A model generated the notes under the pieces. It worked only from the letters and a program-made list of their open reading frames with translations. It had not been told where the DNA came from and did no database searches. A DNA stretch of 64,000 bases, taken from Candidatus Omnitrophota bacterium (GTDB lineage: Bacteria > Omnitrophota > Gorgyraeia > Ghiorseimicrobiales > Ghiorseimicrobiaceae). Both the position numbers and the translations under genes were made by a program. The stretch spans positions 364 to 64,363 of the forward strand of contig JAUXSB010000055.1 in NCBI GenBank assembly GCA_030681595.1. Direction: 5' to 3'. Numbering within the stretch: position 1 is the stretch's first letter; every line of letters begins with the position of its first letter. Shown here one piece after another: positions 1 through 8,923 of the stretch.

Positions 1-2
1 CT

Positions 3-983
3 TCGGCTAGGCTTGCCCAGGCAGAAGGCGATAGTGATCTTTTCTCCAGGCAGAGCTCTTCTTTAAATAATGCGATTAATGAAAAAGACAAGCTTATTGC
101 CCAGTTAAATAAAAAGACTGACGAGAATAATTCTAAAATACAAGCAACAGCAAAGCAGAGCTCGGAATTAAAACAGGAAGTTGACAATGTAAGAGGAGAG
201 CTAACTGTTGTAATTGGGCAAAAAGTGGAATTAGGGCAAGAAATCAGCCGCCTGAAGAAACAATTGGAAAAACAACACTCCGATTCGGACGCTGTCTCAA
301 AGCAGTTACGCGAAAAAAATGAAGCTTTAGTTAAGACAATTAATGAGAAACAAGAAGAAAAGAGTGTATTACAAAACGATTTTAATAATCTTGATAAAAC
401 AACGAAACAAAATAAGCAGGAAATAGCCGGTTTAAAAGCCCAGGTATCTGATTTAAGGGCAGATTTATCCGCTAAAGATAAACAGCTAAATAACATTACC
501 GGCGAAGTAAATTCCCTTAAGGAAGCGCAAAATAAAAAAGACATCATCATTAAGGAGAAGGAAAACGAAGCGGCCAAGCTGAACGCAACACTCAAAGACT
601 TAAATACTAAACTCGATAATATAAATGTTATGAAGTCTACTCTGGAAGAAAATATAATAAGCCTGAAAAAAAGCCTTAAAGAAAAAGAAGCCGTATCCAC
701 TAGCCTCATGGCTAAGGATAAGAAAGAAGAGGCGACTAAGGCTGAGATTAGGCAGGGGCTGGTTAAAGAAGAAAATGCCGCTGTTGTTATCTCAACCGAT
801 ACGGTGATGTCTGACGACGAACTTATAAAAATGTATTTATCCAAAGCTGATGATTATAGCAAAAACGGGGATTATCTGGCCGCTAAAAAAGAAGTAGAGG
901 CGGCACTGAAAATAGATTTTGAAAATACCGAAGTTCTGGAGTTGCTTGAAAAGATAACTATGATACTTGATATTATCAAATAA
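3..983 (+). CDS. Coiled-coil protein, 5'-truncated at the window edge, with a TPR-like C-terminus. The reading frame is open from position 3; the ORF track begins at an internal GTG at 225.
   Basis: No stop codon in frame from nt 3. Heptad-like K/E/L-rich sequence throughout. C-terminal 'DYSKNGDYLAAKKEVEAALKIDFENTEV' resembles a TPR motif. Confidence 0.55.
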   Translation, partial: SARLAQAEGDSDLFSRQSSSLNNAINEKDKLIAQLNKKTDENNSKIQATAKQSSELKQEVDNVRGELTVVIGQKVELGQEISRLKKQLEKQHSDSDAVSKQLREKNEALVKTINEKQEEKSVLQNDFNNLDKTTKQNKQEIAGLKAQVSDLRADLSAKDKQLNNITGEVNSLKEAQNKKDIIIKEKENEAAKLNATLKDLNTKLDNINVMKSTLEENIISLKKSLKEKEAVSTSLMAKDKKEEATKAEIRQGLVKEENAAVVISTDTVMSDDELIKMYLSKADDYSKNGDYLAAKKEVEAALKIDFENTEVLELLEKITMILDIIK

Positions 984-1034
984 AAGGCTTAACTTATTCT
1001 ATCTAATAAATAGTTGCCCCTCATTTTCAAACAA

Positions 1035-1062
1035 CTCAAAATTCTCCTAAGAGAATTTTGAG
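1035..1062 (+). terminator. Perfect 12-bp stem hairpin 'ctcaaaattctc-ctaa-gagaattttgag', followed by a second hairpin 'tcccgcc-agag-ggcggga' at ~1084-1100.
   Basis: Inverted repeat read directly, 50 nt downstream of the stop at 983 and upstream of a strong RBS 'aaggaggaagg' before the ATG at 1119. Confidence 0.45.
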
Positions 1063-1118
1063 TTAAACTGCGGGGTAAATTAGTCCCGCCAGAGGCGGGA
1101 TTAATTTAAGGAGGAAGG

Positions 1119-2876
1119 ATGAAAAGAATAAAAAAATGTATCTGTATATTTCTTATTGGGTGGGTTTCTTTAGAATTTCCGGCAATAGGGTTTTCGGAAC
1201 TGGCCAAAGATTATTTTGACCGCGCCGCACAATATTATCTTAAGGGCAATATGGAACAAGCAAAGGCGCAGTTGGAAACGGCACAGCAGATAGACTCTGA
1301 ATATCAACCCGCCAAAAAATTAATGAATTTAGTGAAGGAAAAATTGGGGCTGGGGCTGAAAGGGGATACTTTGCTGTCTTTAGATTTTAAGGAAACCGAT
1401 ATTAATGTCGTGCTTCAGGCGTTATCGCAAGCCTACGGTTTAAATATCGTAGCTGGCGATGATGTAAAGGGTAAGGTTACGGTAAGTTTTAGGGATGTGA
1501 CGCTAGAGCAGGCTTTGGACAGTGTCTTAAAGGTAAACGGTTTTAGTTACGAGCGGGATAATAATATTATTATGGTGCGCCCGGCAAAAGGAAGCAAGAT
1601 TACTTCGGTGTTGCCGTTAAAATATATTTCGGCCGATGCGGCTAAAGGGATGTTGGCTAAAGCGCTTTCTTCTGATGGGGCGATAGAAGTGCATAAGGAA
1701 GCGAATGCGTTAGTTGTAACGGATTTATCTGAGAGCGTCAAGCAATTGAAAGGGTTAATTAAGGATATAGATATGCCGCCTCTGCAGGTAAGCATCGAGG
1801 CAAAATTAATCGATATCCAGTCTAAGGACCTGCGCGCCCTCGGCATAAAATACAGCGTAGATTATAAAGATACCAACATTTTTGGGCATAGAGGCGCTTC
1901 CAATACGACCGCCGAGGAAATTAAAAGCACATTTGACTTAGCCGAGCAGTCAGGTAATGTAACCGGCGGGCAATTTGTTTTAAATACATTCAGCATTAAA
2001 CATTGGGCTGCGGATGCCACGATTGACGCATTGATCTCTAAGCAAAAGGCGCATCTTTTAGCCAATCCTAGTATCACCACGCTAAACAATAATCAAGCTA
2101 AAATAATTATCGGCGAGAAAGTCCCTTTTAGAGAAGAAACCCAGACGCCGGTCGGTACAACCGAGACTACTAATTTTGTGGATGTCGGAATCTCTTTGAG
2201 TGTAACTCCGCGCGTAAATGACGACGGTTATATAACCATGACTATACATCCGGAGGTGAGTTCTGTTTCCGAGATATTAGCCGCCGGCCCGAGGATTACC
2301 ACGCGCGAGGCAGATACGACAGTGCGGGTCAGGGACGGTGAAACCGTGGTAATAGGCGGTTTGATTAAAAATCAGAATGATGGGACGCGTTCCCGTATTC
2401 CTATATTGGGCAGCCTTCCTTTGCTGGGGTTTCTTTTTAGCAACAGGACTGAAGATAAAATTCAGACTGAATTGGCAGTATTTATCACGCCTCATATAAT
2501 CCGGCCTGACCGCAAATCAAATTTAGAGACAAGTTTCGAGCCGGCGAACGCAGAAATTTTATATGATAATGCCGAAGACTTTTTAGGCGGTCTGGGCGTA
2601 GAGACATGGGATAGAAGCAGGAAAGAAATATTGATTCGCGCAGTTTCATTATTAGAGCAATTAGTAATCAGTTATCCTTTATCTGAGAAAGCAGACGACG
2701 CCCTTTACAGGGCAGGTTTAATCTATTATAGCGAAAAACCGGTAAAGGATTTAGCTAAGGCGAAGGCGAAATTTAAGCAGCTGATCGAGAAGTATCCCGG
2801 CTCTCAATATATAGACCGCGCAGCGGCTATCTTAAAGAAAATCGAGCAAAAGATAAAGCCAGCGGTAAAACGTTAA
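1119..2876 (+). CDS. Secretin of a type II secretion / type IV pilus system (GspD/PilQ family), with an extra C-terminal TPR-like (YbgF-like) region.
   Basis: N-terminal secretin-N-like region ('NNIIMVRP'). Secretin signature 'GETVVIGGLIKNQ...IPILGSLPLLGFLFS...AVFITPHII'. Signal-like N-terminus. Strong RBS. Confidence 0.8.
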   Translation: MKRIKKCICIFLIGWVSLEFPAIGFSELAKDYFDRAAQYYLKGNMEQAKAQLETAQQIDSEYQPAKKLMNLVKEKLGLGLKGDTLLSLDFKETDINVVLQALSQAYGLNIVAGDDVKGKVTVSFRDVTLEQALDSVLKVNGFSYERDNNIIMVRPAKGSKITSVLPLKYISADAAKGMLAKALSSDGAIEVHKEANALVVTDLSESVKQLKGLIKDIDMPPLQVSIEAKLIDIQSKDLRALGIKYSVDYKDTNIFGHRGASNTTAEEIKSTFDLAEQSGNVTGGQFVLNTFSIKHWAADATIDALISKQKAHLLANPSITTLNNNQAKIIIGEKVPFREETQTPVGTTETTNFVDVGISLSVTPRVNDDGYITMTIHPEVSSVSEILAAGPRITTREADTTVRVRDGETVVIGGLIKNQNDGTRSRIPILGSLPLLGFLFSNRTEDKIQTELAVFITPHIIRPDRKSNLETSFEPANAEILYDNAEDFLGGLGVETWDRSRKEILIRAVSLLEQLVISYPLSEKADDALYRAGLIYYSEKPVKDLAKAKAKFKQLIEKYPGSQYIDRAAAILKKIEQKIKPAVKR

Positions 2877-2891
2877 AAGAATAAATTTATT

Positions 2892-4109
2892 ATGCCTCTA
2901 TTCCGCTATAAAGTAAGAGACAGGTTCGGCGCAGCAGTAACCGGTCTTATCGAGGGGGATGTCTCGAAAACCGTTGCGGTTAACTTAAGAAAATTAGGTT
3001 ATAGCGTTATTTATATTGAAGAGCAGGCCGCGTTTGAAGTTTTTTTTGATAATCTGCTTAGCAAGATTAAAACGATTAAAACTGAGGAGGTAATTCTTTT
3101 TACAAGGCAGCTTTCCGCGATGATAAAATCCGGGTTGCCTCTTTTGGTAAGTTTAGACGGCACATTACCGGAAATACGCAATAAAAAATTTAAGGATACC
3201 ATAAATCAAGTTAAAAAAGACATAGAAGGCGGGATGAGTTTTCATGAAGCGTTAAGTAAACATCCTTTAGTTTTTTCCAGTCTCTATGTGAATATGGTAA
3301 AGGCTGGAGAATCAGCCGGTATATTAGACGCGATTTTGGAGCGCCTTGCGCAATTAGGCCTACGCGATATAGATTTAAAAAGCAAGATAAAGGCCGCTTT
3401 TGTTTATCCCATTGTCCTCTTGATACTTTCTGTAGCGGTAATAATATTTTTGTTAGTCGCTGTTTTGCCCAAGTTTGTTGCTATATTTGAGGCCTCTGAA
3501 ATGAGCCTCCCCCTGCCTACCATAATTTTAATTACTATGAGTAACCTTCTTAGGCATTTTTTTATCCCGTTCGCAATTATAATTATTTTTGTTGCTAGTT
3601 TATTTTTGAAGTATATCAGGACCGATAGGGGAAGGTATAACCTGCACCATTTTTTTTTGGGTATTCCCGTATTTGGCCTTCTTTGGCTTAAGATGATTGT
3701 TGCGCGCTTTGCTTATACGTTATCTTATTTAACTAAAAGCGGTGTGCCGCTATTGCAGGCTTTGGCAATAGTGGAAGGAACAATCAATAACGCTGTAGTC
3801 GTGCATGCGTTGCAGCATGTGCGTTCAAGCTTGACGGAAGGCCAAAGCCTTGCTGAGCCATTTAAAGCAAGCGGCCTTTTTCCGGCAATGGTCGTGCAGA
3901 TGGTGTCTGCGGGCGAGAAAACCGGAAAACTTGATACCATGCTTGAAGATATCGCCAACTTCTATGAATTAGAGACCGGCTATGCGATAAGAAATATGAC
4001 GGCTTTACTTGAGCCGGTCCTGCTTTTGTTTATGGGCTTGATGGTTGGGTTTATCGCGCTTTCAGTATTGCTTCCGATATTTAATGTTGTAAGGGCAATG
4101 CAGCATTAA
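2892..4109 (+). CDS. Type II secretion system protein F / PilC family inner-membrane platform protein.
   Basis: 405 aa. Duplicated GspF-type domains ('SGLPLLVSL', 'SGVPLLQALAIVEG') with three TM segments, typical of GspF/PilC. Confidence 0.85.
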   Translation: MPLFRYKVRDRFGAAVTGLIEGDVSKTVAVNLRKLGYSVIYIEEQAAFEVFFDNLLSKIKTIKTEEVILFTRQLSAMIKSGLPLLVSLDGTLPEIRNKKFKDTINQVKKDIEGGMSFHEALSKHPLVFSSLYVNMVKAGESAGILDAILERLAQLGLRDIDLKSKIKAAFVYPIVLLILSVAVIIFLLVAVLPKFVAIFEASEMSLPLPTIILITMSNLLRHFFIPFAIIIIFVASLFLKYIRTDRGRYNLHHFFLGIPVFGLLWLKMIVARFAYTLSYLTKSGVPLLQALAIVEGTINNAVVVHALQHVRSSLTEGQSLAEPFKASGLFPAMVVQMVSAGEKTGKLDTMLEDIANFYELETGYAIRNMTALLEPVLLLFMGLMVGFIALSVLLPIFNVVRAMQH

Positions 4110-4137
4110 GGCTTTATTTTGAAGCATTATATTGATA

Positions 4138-4176
4138 TTGACAATTTGTCCCTTGTTTAAATAAGGGATTTATACC
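4138..4176 (+). promoter_or_regulatory. Candidate promoter region. 'ttgaca' at 4138-4143, with the palindrome 'cccttgtttaaataaggg' where a -10 element would sit; the -10 itself is poor.
   Basis: -35 consensus hexamer read directly. No convincing TATAAT at 16-18 nt spacing. Confidence 0.2.
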
Positions 4177-4270
4177 GAAAGTAAAACGCTTAAAAATTTA
4201 TCCCAAATTTTTATCGCTGTTTTCGGTATCAATTCGTCCCGAAGCTTCGGGATTCTTTGAGGAGGTTTTA

Positions 4271-4732
4271 ATGTTTAAATTTCGCACAAGAAATGCAGGT
4301 TTTACTTTAGTTGAGCTTTTTATTGTAATGACGATCATCGGTATACTTGCCATGATACTTGTTCCTAGTTTTACCGGATTTGATGTGGGCGCCAGGGTTG
4401 CGGCAACCCAGAGCAATTTAAATATTCTACGAACGGCGGTTACGGTGTTCAGAAGCAAGGAAGGGGCTTATCCTGTTTCTTTGGTGGATTTGGTAAATAC
4501 CACCTACCTTGACGCAGGAGTCGCGCGCCCTTATTTGAAGAAAATGCCACCGGAATTAATCAGTGATAAGGCCGGTAATAATGAATATGTTGATCAGCTC
4601 TTTTCGGCTCCTTTGTCGGATAAAGGCGGTTGGGTTTATTTTACGGATAAGGCAGAGGTGGCAGTCAATATTAACACGCCGTTAGACAGCAAGTGGAGTG
4701 AATACAAAGGTCAAAGGCCCTCCGAATGGTAA
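4271..4732 (+). CDS. Major pseudopilin/pilin with a prepilin-type N-terminal cleavage/methylation domain (GspG-like).
   Basis: 'GFTLVELFIVMTIIGILA' class-III signal / N-methylation motif right after a short basic leader. 153 aa. RBS 'gaggaggtt' upstream. Confidence 0.8.
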   Translation: MFKFRTRNAGFTLVELFIVMTIIGILAMILVPSFTGFDVGARVAATQSNLNILRTAVTVFRSKEGAYPVSLVDLVNTTYLDAGVARPYLKKMPPELISDKAGNNEYVDQLFSAPLSDKGGWVYFTDKAEVAVNINTPLDSKWSEYKGQRPSEW

Positions 4733-4733
4733 G

Positions 4734-4853
4734 CCTCGTTAGAGATTGCAAGTATTTCACATTTGGTAAAATTGCACCTTGAGGAAGCATTAGCTAATAT
4801 AAAATTTAGCCCCCTATAGACGCCCCGAAGTTTCGGGGCTATCTCTAATGGGG
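4734..4853. mobile_element. MITE-like element, copy 1 (~120 bp). TIRs 'cctcgttagagat' and 'atctctaatgggg'. Subterminal hairpin 'tagacgccccgaagtttcggggct'.
   Basis: Terminal inverted repeats and subterminal hairpin shared with the copies at 14949, 16093 and 16764. Begins 2 nt after the pseudopilin stop. Confidence 0.6.
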
Positions 4854-4866
4854 TAAATTTCCCAAA

Positions 4867-5223
4867 ATGTCTATTAATCTTCGTCGCGGCGCTGTTTTAC
4901 TATTAACAATAATAATTATTTCTTCGCTTACCTTATTTGGGATGAGTTTGGTTAATTTAACGCTGTCCCGCATCAGTAGCGTAGATTTGGAAATCGAGAA
5001 AGTAAAAGCTTTGTATCTAGCTGAAGCAGGTATAGCAGAATCGCTCTATGAGTTAAAAAAAGGGATTGACCCCGGTCAAGACGGCATCGGCGTTATAAAA
5101 TCTGCTAAATTCGGCGATGGAACGTTTGAAGTTACTTATAATCCCGCAATGTTTACCTTTACGGCTGTCGGCCGCGTAAATAAAACTGAAAGAGCGGTGC
5201 AGCTAAAATGTGTCGGCGGATGA
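4867..5223 (+). CDS. Minor pseudopilin, PilX/GspK-like N-terminal domain protein.
   Basis: N-terminal 'RRGAVLLLTIIIISSLTLFG' hydrophobic segment typical of the PilX_N domain. Sits inside the pilus/T2SS cluster. Confidence 0.4.
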   Translation: MSINLRRGAVLLLTIIIISSLTLFGMSLVNLTLSRISSVDLEIEKVKALYLAEAGIAESLYELKKGIDPGQDGIGVIKSAKFGDGTFEVTYNPAMFTFTAVGRVNKTERAVQLKCVGG

Positions 5224-5660
5224 TGAAAAACGCACAGCGCAAAACGCACAGCGCAAAACGCAAAAAAGCATTCACTTATATCGAAATGGTAATTACCGTA
5301 GTGGTAATCGCCATCTGTTTTGTGCCTTTGATACAGATGTTTTCCAGTTCGATTGGCGAGGTGATCTATGCGGGGGATAAGCTTACCGCGCTTAACCTCG
5401 CCCGCGAAGAAATGGAAAAGTTTAGGAATTTAAACTTTACCGAAGTACAGCTTTTGTCTTTGGGTAACATGATTACGCCCGCGAAAAGCGAGCCGCCTTT
5501 AAAAAGAAATAGGGCGAATTGGCGTATTGAGCGTGTATTAAAGGAAAATTCCGATCCTTTAGAGGTAAATATTATTGTTTGGCGCCAAGCCAAAACGCCG
5601 CAAAAGATACTGGAATTGGCTACCTTAGTTGAGGATTTAGAGTGGACAGAAGAGGATTAA
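5208..5660 (+). CDS. Minor pseudopilin with a prepilin-type N-terminal methylation domain. The true start is probably an internal ATG near 5220.
   Basis: 'AFTYIEMVITVVVIAI' prepilin motif after a basic leader. The leader contains a tandem 13-nt duplication ('acgcacagcgcaaa' x2). Confidence 0.6.
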   Translation: MCRRMMKNAQRKTHSAKRKKAFTYIEMVITVVVIAICFVPLIQMFSSSIGEVIYAGDKLTALNLAREEMEKFRNLNFTEVQLLSLGNMITPAKSEPPLKRNRANWRIERVLKENSDPLEVNIIVWRQAKTPQKILELATLVEDLEWTEED

Positions 5661-6877
5661 CCCTTATTGAGTTATTGTTAGTAGTTATTCTGGCGGCTAC
5701 GGTAATAGGCGTAGTAAGTTTAGTCTTTAGAAATAGCTTAGATGCTTGGAGGGTGGGTGAGTCAGAGGTTTCTTTGCAGCGCGAGGCACAGAAAATAATG
5801 GAAGAAATGATAGAGGGCGGGGATAGAATCCCGGCTATCCGTGAGGCCTTGGAGGTAGTTGAAGCGACAGAAACTTCTTTTGGTTTTGTGCCATTTTGGA
5901 TAGATTATTCTAATGACTATAGAAAAGAATCAAACGAATTTATTTTAAGCAAGAAAGTCAAAGCCGGCAGTTCTGTTCCGATAGGGCAAATCAAAGCTCC
6001 GGGCGCCAAGCAGTTTTCTTCAGTGCCGACCATTTTTATATATAACAAAGAAAAAGGGCCTAACTCTCACGAAGATAAAGTTAGATTTATTAATCCTATA
6101 CCCGTAGGTTCTGACGTAAGAATCCTGTTTCATCCGGATTCTTCGTTAGAAGATAATGTAATTATGAGGTATTTTTGGGATGATAAGTCCAAACGGATAT
6201 TCCGTACATATAAAGGCGAGACTAATGATGTAATGAAATATGCGAAGAAGATAAAGGTCGTGGGTTTAAAATTACTTTATTACGACAATCTTAATCATCG
6301 CCTTGAAGCATTTTATTCGGCCCAGCCGGGTGATTCAGTCTCTTCAGCTCGAGCTTCGGCAATCCCTCTTTCTGCGATTGGAATAGAAGTTACATTAGAA
6401 GACGGCTCAATAAAACGGGAGTTATCTTCTTTTGTTAGTATCAGGACATTAGGGGGGAATTTAGGGAGCGGAATTATATTGGGCGAGGGATCGGAGGTTA
6501 GTATTCCGGACAGCCGCCATATTAGGACTCTAGTTTTGGATAATCTTGGCGGAATAGGGGATAATGATACAATGGAGTTGGAGATCAGTTCCGTTTTAAG
6601 CTCGACTTGGAAAATTAGTGTTAATTTCGGCATCGTTAACAACGAACCGTATATACTTGGTTTTGAAGTTGAATACCCTAAAGGCACCGTTGTGTATTCA
6701 AACGACCATAAAAGGCCTGCTAATAGCGGATTAAATCTCCTTAGGCTGGGCAACGATTATTATGATTACGACGATGATATTCATGCAGAAGATGTTGTTA
6801 GGATAGAGGGCAATGTTGTAAAGCTGAAGGTAGAAAAAATGAATATAGGGGCGGCGGCGCTGTTCGTGCGCCCGTAA
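5642..6877 (+). CDS. Large minor pseudopilin (GspJ/PilW-like) with a prepilin-type N-terminal domain.
   Basis: 'GLTLIELLLVVILAATVIGVV' class-III signal motif. 411 aa. Overlaps the upstream gene (translational coupling). Confidence 0.7.
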   Translation: MDRRGLTLIELLLVVILAATVIGVVSLVFRNSLDAWRVGESEVSLQREAQKIMEEMIEGGDRIPAIREALEVVEATETSFGFVPFWIDYSNDYRKESNEFILSKKVKAGSSVPIGQIKAPGAKQFSSVPTIFIYNKEKGPNSHEDKVRFINPIPVGSDVRILFHPDSSLEDNVIMRYFWDDKSKRIFRTYKGETNDVMKYAKKIKVVGLKLLYYDNLNHRLEAFYSAQPGDSVSSARASAIPLSAIGIEVTLEDGSIKRELSSFVSIRTLGGNLGSGIILGEGSEVSIPDSRHIRTLVLDNLGGIGDNDTMELEISSVLSSTWKISVNFGIVNNEPYILGFEVEYPKGTVVYSNDHKRPANSGLNLLRLGNDYYDYDDDIHAEDVVRIEGNVVKLKVEKMNIGAAALFVRP

Positions 6878-6888
6878 AATTCGGAGAC

Positions 6889-8610
6889 TTGATAATGGAA
6901 AAGGCGGATAAAAGAAGGGTATTAATAGGTGAGATTCTGTTAAAGCAGGGAAAAATTAATTCTAAGCAATTAGATGAAGTGTTGCAGGAGCAGCGTGCTA
7001 CAGGAAAGCCTTTGGGCGATATATTAGTTCAGAGCAAAATTGTCAGCGAAGAAGAGGTGGTTTTGCTCTTAAGCGAGCAGCTGAAGATTCCTTATGTAGA
7101 CTTAAATTCGTATTCGATAGACGCAGGGGTATTGTCTTTTATGCCGGAGGCGGCGGCTCGAAAATTTGAGGCAATGCCTCTTTTTAAAATAGGAGACACT
7201 ATTACAGTAGCAATGGTTGACCCCCTGGATATAAGCATTGCGGATCAGATTACCCAGGTTATTAAATGTACGGTAGAACCTGTTTTTGCGACTCCGTCAA
7301 GCATTAAAGCGGCTATAGATAAATATTACGGCGTGACCGGGATAAAATCATTTGATTATGCAGCGCAGCAGATAGCTACCGCAGAATTGCTTCCGCAGGC
7401 TGTGCAGTCAGAAAAAGAGAAAAAAGCCCAGATTTATCAGATGGCTCAGGCGGCTCAGGAGACACCTGTTGTTAAGCTTGTAAATTCGTTTATCGAAGAT
7501 GCGGTTGTTAATGGTGTCAGCGATATTCATCTTGAGCCGGCGGATAACGTATTGTTTGCGCGTTATAGGATAGATGGTGTGCTCTACGATGTAACGGCGC
7601 CGCCTAAAAAATTTCAGGACGCGATTATTTCCCGTGTGAAAATTATGGCAAATATGGATATTGCCGAAAAAAGGCTTCCTCAGGAAGGCCGCATACAAAT
7701 GCGGGTAAAAAATAAAGATATAGATTTAAGGGTTTCAACATTCCCGACTATTTACGGAGAAAATTTAGTCATTCGTATATTAGACCGCAGTAACATTTTA
7801 TTAGGTTTAAAAGATCTGGGTTTGGATTCTGATACGCTTACGCGATTTGAGTCTTTAATCCGTAGGCCTTACGGCATAATTTTAGTTACCGGCCCGACGG
7901 GATCAGGGAAAACTACCACACTTTATTCCGCCCTAAATACAATTAATTCAACCGATAAAAACATAATTACACTGGAAGACCCCGTGGAATATAAAATAGA
8001 GCGTATCCGCCAGTCCCAGATTGATGTAAAAACAGGGCTTACTTTTTCCCGGGGGCTTCGTTCAATTTTAAGGCAAGATCCCGATGTGATTATGGTGGGT
8101 GAAATCCGTGATTTGGAAACCGCAGAAATTGCAATACACGCCGCGCTTACCGGGCACCTCGTTTTTTCTACGCTACATACTAATGATGCTGCGGGAGCCG
8201 TCGGGCGCCTTATTGATATGAATATTGAGTCGTTTCTAATTTCTTCATCTTTGGCGGGCATTGTTGCTCAGCGGCTCGTGCGTTGTATCTGTAATGATTG
8301 TAAAGAATCTTACAGGCCACAGGAAAGGATAGTCAAAGAACTAGGCCTTGAGAGAGAATCATTATTATATAGAGGCAAGGGCTGTTCTAAATGTAGAAAT
8401 ACAGGTTACAAAGGCAGGACGGGCATTTTTGAGTTGCTTCTTCTGGATAATTCCGTTAAGGAATTAATTATTGCCAAGGCATCCTCGGATAAAATAAGAA
8501 AAGCCGCATTTAGCGCTAAGTCGGCCACACTTTACGAGCAGGGTATCGTAAAAGTTAAAGCAGGTGTTACTACAATAGAAGAGGTGATGCGCCTGACAAT
8601 AGAGGAATAA
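6889..8610 (+). CDS. Type II secretion / type IV pilus assembly ATPase (GspE/PilB family).
   Basis: N-terminal T2SSE_N-like domain. Walker A 'GPTGSGKTTT'. Asp and His boxes. C-terminal tetra-Cys 'CNDC...CSKC'. Confidence 0.9.
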   Translation: MIMEKADKRRVLIGEILLKQGKINSKQLDEVLQEQRATGKPLGDILVQSKIVSEEEVVLLLSEQLKIPYVDLNSYSIDAGVLSFMPEAAARKFEAMPLFKIGDTITVAMVDPLDISIADQITQVIKCTVEPVFATPSSIKAAIDKYYGVTGIKSFDYAAQQIATAELLPQAVQSEKEKKAQIYQMAQAAQETPVVKLVNSFIEDAVVNGVSDIHLEPADNVLFARYRIDGVLYDVTAPPKKFQDAIISRVKIMANMDIAEKRLPQEGRIQMRVKNKDIDLRVSTFPTIYGENLVIRILDRSNILLGLKDLGLDSDTLTRFESLIRRPYGIILVTGPTGSGKTTTLYSALNTINSTDKNIITLEDPVEYKIERIRQSQIDVKTGLTFSRGLRSILRQDPDVIMVGEIRDLETAEIAIHAALTGHLVFSTLHTNDAAGAVGRLIDMNIESFLISSSLAGIVAQRLVRCICNDCKESYRPQERIVKELGLERESLLYRGKGCSKCRNTGYKGRTGIFELLLLDNSVKELIIAKASSDKIRKAAFSAKSATLYEQGIVKVKAGVTTIEEVMRLTIEE

Positions 8611-8611
8611 A

Positions 8612-8700
8612 TTCCGCCTGACTCCCGCCCGAGCCAATGCCGTTCGGGCGCGGTCATTCAGATAGGTCCGCCTGGCTTCATTCGGGCAGGCCCGCATAAC
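8612..8700. repeat. Hairpin-rich intergenic repeat, 'cgcccgagccaatgccgttcgggcgcggtc ... ggcttcattcgggcagg', related to the element at 52255-52300.
   Basis: Shared core 'cgcccgaNcNaatNNNNNttcgggcgcggtc' plus 'ggcttcat' at both loci. May also act as a terminator for gspE. Confidence 0.45.
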
Positions 8701-8923
8701 GACTTTAAGGGAGCCGCAAATTGTTAACCTATTTTTTACATTTACCTTATTTGCCGCGTTACTAATTCTATCTTTTTTTTCTCCTGCTACAAATACCGCT
8801 ATTTTTTGGGTTAGGTTTTTCTGGTCGTTAATTGTTTCTTATTTCGGTTTTCTTATCTATAGAAGCCGGAAGATTTATCCTTACCGCGCCATCCTTTTTA
8901 TTCTAACCGCGTTTTTTTTCTTT

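Noticed and set aside
1547-2495. Minus-strand ORFs (1547-1846, 1862-2089, 2277-2495) inside the secretin gene.
   Set aside because: Fully embedded antisense to a well-supported CDS. No RBS, no domain features. Typical spurious ORFs; the same applies to all other minus-strand track ORFs except 48531-50213.
5236-5270. Tandem 13-nt duplication 'acgcacagcgcaaa' x2 in the leader peptide region of the minor pseudopilin.
   Set aside because: A single local duplication within coding sequence, encoding a basic leader 'NAQRKTHSAKRKK'. Likely slippage or assembly noise of low significance; noted but not elevated to a finding.
8701-8923. AT/T-rich 220-nt region upstream of the NapH-like gene that translates to hydrophobic peptides in several frames (possible frameshifted N-terminus).
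   Set aside because: Hydrophobic translations are an expected artefact of T-rich DNA (TTT/CTT/ATT codons). Stops occur every ~25 codons in all frames. No consistent frame or RBS.
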